Below the pieces are notes generated by a model. It was not told the origin of the DNA. It saw nothing but the letters and a program-made list of their open reading frames with translations, and made no database searches. The translations under genes and the position numbers were made by a program. Below are positions 7,449 through 15,824 of a stretch of 64,000 bases of DNA, piece after piece. Positions within the stretch are counted from its first letter, which is position 1; each line of letters begins with the position of its first letter. Source of the stretch: Oribacterium sp. (lineage in GTDB: Bacteria; Bacillota; Clostridia; Lachnospirales; Lachnospiraceae); NCBI GenBank assembly GCA_024689585.1, contig JAILDF010000074.1, forward strand, positions 6-64,005, written 5' to 3'.

Positions 7449-9677
7449 TTACATCGGACCGACGCCAACTTCAACCATATTAGTGGATGAGCTATTGACT
7501 GCGGTTTCTGAAACTACAGCCTGAACTGAAGTATCTCCATATACAGAGGAAACATCAACAGTTATGGGACCGGTTGTGCTGCCAAGTGTAGGATCGGCAT
7601 TTCCCGCTACCTGAACGTTTGAATATGGATCCTGCGGCATATATGTCTGATATGCACCCATCTGACCGCCTGCGGACTTGTTAATGGTTATCTGGTAGTT
7701 ACGCTGGTCTCCGTTTTCTGCTGTTACCAGAACATTAACCATGGTGGAGGCCTGATCCAGTATTATCTGTCCGGTTCCCGAGATGGTTGCGCCTGAATGA
7801 ATAGCAGAGGCGGAAACATTAACCGCTGTGACTGAAGGATCAACAATAAGTGTATATGAAGCAGTATCCATATTGAATCCGGGAGTCAGAGTGAAACCGT
7901 CCACTGAAAGGGAAGCCAGTTTGTTGTTTGGATTTCCGTCCTTTGTAGGCATGGGGCATGCGGTTTCAGGCATATTGGTATATACCGGAATGTAAAATGT
8001 GATTGCATCCTGACGCATGGTCTCATTATAAGCCTTACTGAGATTCTTTCCTTCTTCCGCTGCGCCCTGAGTGTTAGTCATGTACTGGTGCTTGTAAATG
8101 TTGGAGCCCTGAACGTTGAATCTCTTAAGGTACAATGTGTTCTGTCCTGCATTCAGATAGTTGCCTGCATAGAACATGGCACCGCCGACTATCGCTCTCT
8201 CGGGAGTATTCCAGGGACGGTTGTAGCTTCCTGACTGGGAAGCATACCAAAGACCTCTCTCCACTGCAGTCATGCCACCGGTTGCATAGGCACCAACGTT
8301 GAAATAGTTATAGTAACCGCTTGCTCCGGATATGGATCCGCTGGTTCCCTTGCTGCCCTGCTCCTGAATGATCATGGATGCAAGAACATAAGGACTTATC
8401 TGAGCCTGCTCTGCAGCTTCCATGATGATATCTGAATAGGTTACCGTAACCTGGCCTGTGTAAGCGCCGGTAATGTTTCCGGTTCCTGCAGGATTGGCAG
8501 CTACCTCAGCTGTAACGGCGCCGCCGGGTGCTGCGTAGACAGAGCCGGTATCGGTAACGGCGGTGGTGCTGCCGGAAGTGCTATCCGATGTTGATGTAAC
8601 AGCTCCTCCATCTGTAATGTTTATGACAGTTCCGTCAGAGGACTCTGAGGAATTTGAAGCTGCTGTTGATTCTGAAACTGCTGATCCGGTGTCTGCCGCT
8701 TCTGTTTCGGTTGTACTTCCCGGTGCTTCGTATCCGATCAATACTTCGTCTGCGTCGAGTCCCGAATTTACAAGATCAAGAACGGAACCCACTTCTATCG
8801 TAACCGGGGATGTTCCATCTGAGGAACCTGAAACCGGATCGGCAGTTCCGGTCATGCCTGTATAGCCCATAGACTGAAGAGCGCTTTGATAAAGCGGACT
8901 GGATGAATCCAAGGTGACATTTCCTTCCAGGAAGGTGCCCTTGACCATGGACTTTAATCTGTCCAGCGTCTGAACAGAAGGATCAAACTCGTGGGCTGTG
9001 AACTGGAATATATAGGAGTCATCAAGGAAGTTTCTCGGGTCCATATAATACTCGACAATTTCCTTTGATGCTGCTACCCAGGTGGCTCCGTCGAATCCGG
9101 GCCAGCTGGAGGTGGTCCAGTCAAATTTTCCGGGGTCGGTAGATTTCCATGAGGATTTTGAACCTTTATCGATAAGGCTTGAGGTTCCCTGAAGTTCTGC
9201 CTGTACGGCTGTGGACCAGTCAAGTCCTGTATTCATAGCCTTGAAGACCCAGTTGGGATATTGTGCGTGAAGCTGTCTAAGTCCCGGTTTGTAGGATTCG
9301 GGAAAACCCTGCTGTGACAGAGCGGCTTCGAAATTTCCGTCATTGGTATAGGTTACCTGTGCCTGAACAAAATCTGAACGTACATATCCTGTGCCTCCTG
9401 AAAAGGAAATCTGAGACCAGGTATTTCCGTCACTTCCGGTAGTCTGACCGATCACGGAAACCTGAGTGTTGTTCCCGAGGGAGGTAACTACTGCTCCATC
9501 TGTTCCGGCAGAGGAACGAACATTGACGTTGGTGCCTCTTATTACTGCAAGCTGTTCTGCATGAGATATCATGGAACCGTCTTTTATCAGTGCTTCAGGC
9601 GCGGATACAAACAGTCCCAATATGGATAAAAGCGCAGTGGCTTTTTTTAATGTTTTCTTTAGCTTGATTTTTTTCAT
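7449..9677 (-). CDS. Secreted peptidoglycan hydrolase: SH3b + GH73-like glucosaminidase + cadherin-like beta-sandwich
   Basis: SH3b (NVNVRSSAG...W.QISF.G.TGYV.SDFV), YYMDPRNFL, IIQEQG catalytic Glu region, YYNYFNVGA, GQNTLY, HQYMTN. Start moved to ATG 9677 (RBS GGGGAG). Confidence 0.8.
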   Translation of the reverse strand: MKKIKLKKTLKKATALLSILGLFVSAPEALIKDGSMISHAEQLAVIRGTNVNVRSSAGTDGAVVTSLGNNTQVSVIGQTTGSDGNTWSQISFSGGTGYVRSDFVQAQVTYTNDGNFEAALSQQGFPESYKPGLRQLHAQYPNWVFKAMNTGLDWSTAVQAELQGTSSLIDKGSKSSWKSTDPGKFDWTTSSWPGFDGATWVAASKEIVEYYMDPRNFLDDSYIFQFTAHEFDPSVQTLDRLKSMVKGTFLEGNVTLDSSSPLYQSALQSMGYTGMTGTADPVSGSSDGTSPVTIEVGSVLDLVNSGLDADEVLIGYEAPGSTTETEAADTGSAVSESTAASNSSESSDGTVINITDGGAVTSTSDSTSGSTTAVTDTGSVYAAPGGAVTAEVAANPAGTGNITGAYTGQVTVTYSDIIMEAAEQAQISPYVLASMIIQEQGSKGTSGSISGASGYYNYFNVGAYATGGMTAVERGLWYASQSGSYNRPWNTPERAIVGGAMFYAGNYLNAGQNTLYLKRFNVQGSNIYKHQYMTNTQGAAEEGKNLSKAYNETMRQDAITFYIPVYTNMPETACPMPTKDGNPNNKLASLSVDGFTLTPGFNMDTASYTLIVDPSVTAVNVSASAIHSGATISGTGQIILDQASTMVNVLVTAENGDQRNYQITINKSAGGQMGAYQTYMPQDPYSNVQVAGNADPTLGSTTGPITVDVSSVYGDTSVQAVVSETAVNSSSTNMVEVGVGPM

Positions 9678-9883
9678 TAAATCTGACTCCCCAATTTGCA
9701 AAAATTGACTCATTTAAATCATAAAAGTTAGCTCTTGGAATCGCAACGGAAATCCAAATTATTCAGATAACCGACAAGGTTTCGTAATGAATGGGAGCAG
9801 GTTCTTATAACTGATATGATAATGTATTTGGGAATAAGGTTAATGAGCGGAAAATTACCTGAAATCGGGAACATGAAAAAGCT

Positions 9884-9918
9884 TAAAGGCGGTGCCGGAA
9901 ATCCGGCACCGCCTTTAA
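9884..9918. terminator. Terminator after the decarboxylase operon
   Basis: Perfect stem TTAAAGGCGGTGCCGGA / TCCGGCACCGCCTTTAA. Confidence 0.75.
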
Positions 9919-9938
9919 AAAGGATAAATCAGTCTCTA

Positions 9939-11342
9939 TTAAACTGGATACGCCTTATTGGCTTTGTCAGCTGCAGTTGCAGCTACACCTGTACGCTGTG
10001 CATTTCTGTACTCGAAGAAATCCTTGGCTACAGCAGGGAACAGAGCGTATGAAAGAACATCTTCCTTGGTAGGATTCTCAACATACTGCTTTGTTTCCTC
10101 GGTATACTTCTCCATCTGAGGCTCGATATGATCTGCAGGACGGTCTGTCATCTGAGCTTCGCCCTTAAGGATCTTCTTAACAACCTCGGGATCCATAGGC
10201 TTAACTGTACGTCCGAACTCTCCGGCTACGAGCTTATGTGACTCCTTGGGAACCATCTTATATCTCTCGCCCATAAGAACGTTCATAACAGCCTGGGTTC
10301 CAACGATCTGTGAAGAAGGTGTAACGAGAGGCGGCTCACCAAAGTCCTTACGAACTCTTGGAACTTCCTCAAGAACCTCTGTAAGCTTATCGTCCTTGCC
10401 TGCCTGGTGAAGCTGTGAGATAAGGTTACTGAGCATGCCGCCCGGTACCTGATATCTAAGGGTGTTAACATTAACACCGAGAACCTTTGTTGAAAGAAGA
10501 CCTGACTTCAGGCATTCCTCACGATACGGCTCGAAATAGTTGGATACATCGATGAGCTTGTTAACATCAAGACCTGTATCATACTCTGTACCCTCAAGAG
10601 CCTTAACCATAACGTCTGTTGAAGGCTGTGATGTTCCAAGAGCGAAAGGTGTAGATGCTGTATCAATGATGTCAGCACCTGCCTCAATACACTTAAGGTA
10701 AGTCATGGATGCCATACCTGATGTGTAGTGTGTGTGGATCTCGATAGGAAGCTTTGTTCCTCTCTTAAGAGCCTTAACAAGGTCATAACCTGCCTGAGGA
10801 AGAAGGAGTCCTGCCATATCCTTGATACAAAGGGAATCTGCACCAAGACTCTCAACGTCATTTGCAAGCTTCTCCCAGTAATCAAGAGTATATGCATCAC
10901 CGAGAGTATAGCAAAGAGCGATCTGAGCATGACCACCCTCTCTCTTTGTAGCCTTAACGGCTGTCTCAAGGTTACGGATATCGTTGAGACAGTCGAAGAT
11001 ACGGATGACATCGATACCGTTTGCGATGGATCTCTCTACGAAGTTGTCAACAACATCATCGGCATAGTGATTGTAGCCAAGGATATTCTGACCTCTGAAA
11101 AGCATCTGAAGCTTTGTGTTCTTCATATGGCTCTTGATCATTCTGAGTCTCTCCCAGGGATCTTCCTTGAGGAAACGGAGACATGAGTCAAATGTAGCAC
11201 CGCCCCAGCACTCTACAGCGTTATAACCAACCTGATCCATCTTATCAAGGATCGGTTCCATTTCTGAACTCGGCATACGAGTTGCGATTAATGACTGATG
11301 CGCATCACGCAGTACAGTCTCTGTGATTTTTACTTTAGCCAT
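9939..11342 (-). CDS. oadA: Oxaloacetate decarboxylase alpha / pyruvate carboxyltransferase subunit (no biotin domain; transcarboxylase 5S-like)
   Basis: LRDAHQSLIATR, WGGATFD, IKDMAG, HTH metal site, QVPGGM, PPLVTPSSQIVGTQA. Confidence 0.9.
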   Translation of the reverse strand: MAKVKITETVLRDAHQSLIATRMPSSEMEPILDKMDQVGYNAVECWGGATFDSCLRFLKEDPWERLRMIKSHMKNTKLQMLFRGQNILGYNHYADDVVDNFVERSIANGIDVIRIFDCLNDIRNLETAVKATKREGGHAQIALCYTLGDAYTLDYWEKLANDVESLGADSLCIKDMAGLLLPQAGYDLVKALKRGTKLPIEIHTHYTSGMASMTYLKCIEAGADIIDTASTPFALGTSQPSTDVMVKALEGTEYDTGLDVNKLIDVSNYFEPYREECLKSGLLSTKVLGVNVNTLRYQVPGGMLSNLISQLHQAGKDDKLTEVLEEVPRVRKDFGEPPLVTPSSQIVGTQAVMNVLMGERYKMVPKESHKLVAGEFGRTVKPMDPEVVKKILKGEAQMTDRPADHIEPQMEKYTEETKQYVENPTKEDVLSYALFPAVAKDFFEYRNAQRTGVAATAADKANKAYPV

Positions 11343-11356
11343 TTTATCTCCTCTAT

Positions 11357-12505
11357 TTACTTAACACCGTAAACGGCCATAAATGTACCGGCTGCAACGG
11401 CAGTACCGATAACTCCGGCTACGTTAGGTCCCATAGCCTGCATGAGCAGGAAGTTTGTAGGATCAGTTTCTGCAGCAACCTTCTGTGAAACTCTGGCAGC
11501 CATAGGAACGGCTGAAACACCGGCAGAACCGATCAGAGGGTTGATCTTCTTTCCGGAAAGAACATACATAAGCTTTCCGATAATAACGCCTGCAGCTGTA
11601 CCAAATGCGAATGCGATAAGACCGAGAGCTACGATCTTTAAGGTATCAACATTGAGGAAAGCCTCGGCTGATGTTGCACCACCTACAGAAGTTCCGAGCA
11701 TGATGACAACGATGTACATCATAGCATTTGAAGCTGTCTCTGTAAGCTGTTTAACAACACCGCACTCTTTGAAAAGGTTACCGAGCATAAGCATACCAAC
11801 AAGGGGTGCTGTCGTAGGAAGAAGGAGACAAACTACTACTGTAACAACAATCGGGAAAAGGATTCTCTCGAGCTTTGATACAGGACGGAGTGTAGGCATC
11901 TTTACCTTTCTCTCCTCTTCTGTTGTAAGGGCCTTCATGATAGGAGGCTGGATGATGGGAACCAGTGACATGTAGGAGTAAGCTGCTACTGCGATAGGTC
12001 CTAAAAGTGATGTCTGTCCGAGCTTATTGCAAAGGAAAATAGATGTAGGACCGTCGGCTCCACCGATGATGGAGATGGCTGCGGCAGCAGCACCGTTGAA
12101 TCCCATAAAAATAGCCATGAAATAAGCTGAGTAAATACCAAACTGAGCAGCAGCACCGAGAAGGAAGGTTATCGGGTTTGCTATCAGCGGTGAGAAGTCT
12201 GTCTGGGCACCTACACCCATGAAGATAAGTGAAGGAAGGATCGCCCACTCATCAAGATGGAAGAAGTACCAAAGAAGTCCACCTGTTCCGTTAATGGATT
12301 TCTCCGGAGACATCATAATGTCCGGATAAATATTAACAAGCAGCATACCGAAAGCGATAGGAACCAGAAGAAGCGGCTCAAATCCTTTGGCAATGGCAAG
12401 ATACAGGAAAACAAATGCGACGAAGATCATCAGGATGTTTCCCCATGTCATGCTTACGAATGCTGTCTGCTGGAGCAGGTTTGAAAAAGTTTGTAATGCG
12501 TTCAT
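11357..12505 (-). CDS. oadB: Na+-translocating decarboxylase beta subunit (OadB/MmdB/GcdB family)
   Basis: FEPLLLVPI, IIGGADGPT, AAYSYMSLVPIIQPP, SAVPMAAR, MGPNVAGVIG. Confidence 0.93.
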   Translation of the reverse strand: MNALQTFSNLLQQTAFVSMTWGNILMIFVAFVFLYLAIAKGFEPLLLVPIAFGMLLVNIYPDIMMSPEKSINGTGGLLWYFFHLDEWAILPSLIFMGVGAQTDFSPLIANPITFLLGAAAQFGIYSAYFMAIFMGFNGAAAAAISIIGGADGPTSIFLCNKLGQTSLLGPIAVAAYSYMSLVPIIQPPIMKALTTEEERKVKMPTLRPVSKLERILFPIVVTVVVCLLLPTTAPLVGMLMLGNLFKECGVVKQLTETASNAMMYIVVIMLGTSVGGATSAEAFLNVDTLKIVALGLIAFAFGTAAGVIIGKLMYVLSGKKINPLIGSAGVSAVPMAARVSQKVAAETDPTNFLLMQAMGPNVAGVIGTAVAAGTFMAVYGVK

Positions 12506-12562
12506 ATTTTATTTATCCTCCAGTACAGCGAATCAAATCAACAAAAGCAAATCAACCGTTAA

Positions 12563-12931
12563 TTAGTTAAGAGTTGCAAGAGTTGCACCTGACTCTACTG
12601 CATCACCAACAGAAACGTTGATGGAAGCAATTGTACCGTCCTGAGGAGCAACGATCTCGTTCTCCATCTTCATAGCCTCGAGAACAAGGATAGCCTCACC
12701 GGACTTAACAGCCTCGCCGGCATTCTTCTTGACAGCAAGGATCTTGCCGGGCATAGGAGCCTCAACCTTTACTGAACCCTGAGTGCCTGATGCTGCAGGA
12801 GCAGCTGCAGGTGCGGGAGCTGCTGCGGGAGCAGGAGCAGCGACAGCCTTAGGAGCAGCAGCACCGTTGCCGCCCTCTTCTACTGTTACGTCATAAGCGA
12901 CGCCGTTTACTGTAATAGTATATTTCTTCAT
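12563..12931 (-). CDS. Stand-alone biotin carboxyl carrier protein (MmdC/1.3S-like)
   Basis: MKKYTITVNG..YDVTVEE N-terminal strand, Ala/Pro linker, EAMKMENE biotinylation motif. Confidence 0.93.
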   Translation of the reverse strand: MKKYTITVNGVAYDVTVEEGGNGAAAPKAVAAPAPAAAPAPAAAPAASGTQGSVKVEAPMPGKILAVKKNAGEAVKSGEAILVLEAMKMENEIVAPQDGTIASINVSVGDAVESGATLATLN

Positions 12932-13212
12932 TTTAAATACCTCTCAATAAATAAGGGCAATCGCCCGTGTTAATCTAAAGTTGCAAGAGTTGCGCCTGAT
13001 TCTACTGCATCACCGGCAGAAACGTTGATGGAAGCAATTGTACCATCCTGAGGAGCAACGATCTCGTTTTCCATCTTCATGGCCTCGAGAATAAGGATAG
13101 CCTCACCGGACTTAACAGTCTCGCCGGCATTCTTCTTAACTGCAAGAATCTTTCCGGGCATAGGGGCTTCAACCTTTATTGAACCCTGGGAGCCTGCAGC
13201 TGCGGGAGCAGC
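12572..13212. repeat. Direct repeat of a 234-bp biotinyl-domain coding segment (12572-12805 and 12979-13212)
   Basis: Hand alignment: about 21 mismatches in 234 bp, no indels, offset 407 bp. Confidence 0.9.
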
Positions 13213-14118
13213 CTTAGGAGCGGGAGCCGCTAAAGGAGCTGCGGGGGCAACTGATGTTACTACAGGTGAAGAAGCGGGAGCTGCTTCTGCCGGAGCTGAA
13301 ACCATGCTGCGGTTTCTTAACGGACGTACACGTAAGTTATTGTTAAGTGTAGGACCCGGTACGAAACCATTGTTGTCTGAAACTGAACCTTCTGTGTCAG
13401 CCTCATAAGCTGCGATAGCTGCCGCAATAACTGCCTGAATTGTATCATCGCTTGCAACGGGAGCCGGTGCAGGAGCGGGAGCTGCCTTAGGAGCGGGAGC
13501 CGCTGCAGGTGCAGGAGCTGCTGCTTTATTCTTGGCCTCTTTGCTCTCCTTCATCTTCTTCTCAAATACACCGATGTACTTGAAAAGAGAGATGATCCAT
13601 GCAATAAAGATGAGAACTGCAAATACTGTTCCCATACCAACAACGAGGTTGCCAGCGGCATCACCCATGAGCTCTGACATTGAATAAACCGGCTCAAAGG
13701 TCATTTCTGTTGTGGCACCTGTCATCTCATTGATGCCAAGGGTGAGTTTAAGGACTCTCTTTTGAAATGTTGAATCTATTTCGATTCGGTAGCCTTCTTC
13801 TGTTTTTGAAGCTTCGGCACTATCCACACTTACAAAGGAACCAAGACGATCCATGCTGTTTATATAGTTTGTAAGACCGTTGTAGGTAATGGCATCCTTT
13901 GTCTTAAATGCAGTATCGATCTGTTTCTGAATATCTTCCGCGGGAAGCTTGTAGATACTCTGCTCTGCATACTGCATTGCCTGCTGCTCAAGTGCTGACT
14001 TGATAGTCGGGTCAATGGACTCAACTGTCTTGTTGTTTGAACTTCCGCAGGCGGCAAGTGTGATAACGGAAAGTACAAGAGCTAAACAGAGAGCAGCTTT
14101 TCTAAACCACTGTTTCAT
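12970..14118 (-). CDS. Lipoprotein-OadG (decarboxylase gamma/delta) fused to a C-terminal biotinyl domain
   Basis: Start ATG 14118 (RBS AGAGGAG). Lipobox LAAC, extracellular domain, OadG TM (GMGTVFAVLIFIAWIISLF), Ala/Pro linker, AVIAAAIAAY, then a second EAMKMENE domain. Confidence 0.85.
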   Translation of the reverse strand: MKQWFRKAALCLALVLSVITLAACGSSNNKTVESIDPTIKSALEQQAMQYAEQSIYKLPAEDIQKQIDTAFKTKDAITYNGLTNYINSMDRLGSFVSVDSAEASKTEEGYRIEIDSTFQKRVLKLTLGINEMTGATTEMTFEPVYSMSELMGDAAGNLVVGMGTVFAVLIFIAWIISLFKYIGVFEKKMKESKEAKNKAAAPAPAAAPAPKAAPAPAPAPVASDDTIQAVIAAAIAAYEADTEGSVSDNNGFVPGPTLNNNLRVRPLRNRSMVSAPAEAAPASSPVVTSVAPAAPLAAPAPKAAPAAAGSQGSIKVEAPMPGKILAVKKNAGETVKSGEAILILEAMKMENEIVAPQDGTIASINVSAGDAVESGATLATLD

Positions 14119-14132
14119 TCTGTCTCCTCTCA

Positions 14133-15491
14133 TTAAACTGTTCCGTTTTTCTTGTTTGGTCTGTAAACGCTCTTCCATCCGAGCATCTGAAGAGAGGCTG
14201 CGATTCTCTGTCTTGTCTCCTGAGGTTCGATGATCTCGTCTACATATCCTCTCTTAGCTGCAGCAAGTGCAGTATTTTCTTCTGCAAACTTCTTTGCAAG
14301 CTCTGCGTCACCGTCTGCAACAACCTTTGCGGCCTGGTCTGCATCCATAACACCTACTTTAGAGTTATTGAATGCATAAACGATGTCTGCGCCGAGAGCC
14401 TTGGCACCGAATGTAAGACCTGCTGTACCAAGTGCGTTCTTAACAACTGTGATAACAGGTACATCAGCGTTGCTGTAAGCATAAGCAAGCTTTGCAGCTG
14501 CTGTAGGCATATGCTTTTCTGTGCACTCACAGTTGCAGTAGCCTGTTACGTCAACTACAGAAATAACAGGAAGGTCGAAAGCATTGGCAAAAGAAACAAG
14601 TCTTGCTGCCTTATCGGCACCCTTCCAGGTAAGCTTCTGGCTCTTGTTAGCAACGATTGCAACAGTCTCTCCGCCAATCTGAGCGAAACCTGTTACAACA
14701 TCCTTTGAGTATCCCTTCTTTGTCTCAAGGAAGATACCATTATCTGCAAGCTGCTTAACGGCCTCATCAGCGTCAAGTGTGTCAAATGAAAGAACAGCAC
14801 GGTTAAGATCGTCTGTGCTCTCATCGAGAACTCCGCCATCTGTATTATTACCGGGTAATACAGCCACTAGTTTACGAATCTGAGCAAATACCTCATCTTC
14901 TGTACCATCAAAATCAACAAGTCCGAATTCCTCGCGCTTTGCAGCCTTGGCAATCTCATCGTCCTTGTTGCCGATAACGGCATCCGGAGCATTTACATAA
15001 GCCCTGGCCTTTGTGTTCTCCATAAGGACATAATCGGAAAGACCTGCGAGAACTGTAAGTCCGCCGCCGCAGTTTCCGAAAATAGCTGTGATCTGAGGAA
15101 TCTGACCACTTGCGAGTGTCTGCTTCTTATAAATGCGTCCGAGACCAAACAAAGAGTCATTAGCCTCTTCAAGTCTGACACCTGAGCAATCTACAAGAGC
15201 GATTACAGGAGCCTGATTCTTCATCGCCATTGAGTAAATGTTGGCGATCTTTCTGGCATGCATCTCTCCGATTGAACCACCGAGAACTGCGGAGTCCTGT
15301 GCATAAACGTACACAAGGTTACCGTCAATTGTTCCGTAGCCGGTTACAACACCATCGGAAGGTGCTTTCTTTTCAGCAAGGTTGAAATCTGTTGATCTTG
15401 CCTCAACAAGACGGCCGACTTCAACGAAGCTGAACTCATCGAGCAATGACTGAATTCTTGTCATAGCTGATGATGTTGACTGATTATCCAT
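14133..15491 (-). CDS. Acyl-CoA carboxyltransferase subunit (MmdA/PccB-like), divergent
   Basis: RIQSLLDEFSFVE, DGVVTGYGTIDG, AQD..VLGGSIGE, IPQIT.IFGNCGGG, AAKRGYVDEIIEP.ETR, KKNGT. Confidence 0.88.
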   Translation of the reverse strand: MDNQSTSSAMTRIQSLLDEFSFVEVGRLVEARSTDFNLAEKKAPSDGVVTGYGTIDGNLVYVYAQDSAVLGGSIGEMHARKIANIYSMAMKNQAPVIALVDCSGVRLEEANDSLFGLGRIYKKQTLASGQIPQITAIFGNCGGGLTVLAGLSDYVLMENTKARAYVNAPDAVIGNKDDEIAKAAKREEFGLVDFDGTEDEVFAQIRKLVAVLPGNNTDGGVLDESTDDLNRAVLSFDTLDADEAVKQLADNGIFLETKKGYSKDVVTGFAQIGGETVAIVANKSQKLTWKGADKAARLVSFANAFDLPVISVVDVTGYCNCECTEKHMPTAAAKLAYAYSNADVPVITVVKNALGTAGLTFGAKALGADIVYAFNNSKVGVMDADQAAKVVADGDAELAKKFAEENTALAAAKRGYVDEIIEPQETRQRIAASLQMLGWKSVYRPNKKNGTV

Positions 15492-15824
15492 GTTTTATCC
15501 TCCATTTCATATATAAACAAAGGGCATAGTACACCCCGGTTTATGTCTAATATATTGTAATCTATAGATATGCAATATTCAACATGATTTTAAGTTATAT
15601 TATACGTAACCAAAAAAGAAGGACAGCCGATTTTTGTTGAAATTACTGGGGTTTTTGAAATGCATAGGAAAGAGCTATATACACTATTTTGATTTCCAAT
15701 CATGTATAATGATGATTTTTTTGACATTGGTGTCTGAGGCATCACGGCAGGTTTGTAAAAACCCATATTCCGGAGTAACGTGTTGCTCCGTTGAAAATAA
15801 AAAAACGGACCCTGACCGGTCCGT

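Noticed and set aside
9678-9880. c-di-AMP (ydaO) riboswitch upstream of the cell-wall hydrolase
   Set aside because: Only a GCTAAC fragment matches; the conserved stems and other motifs are absent.
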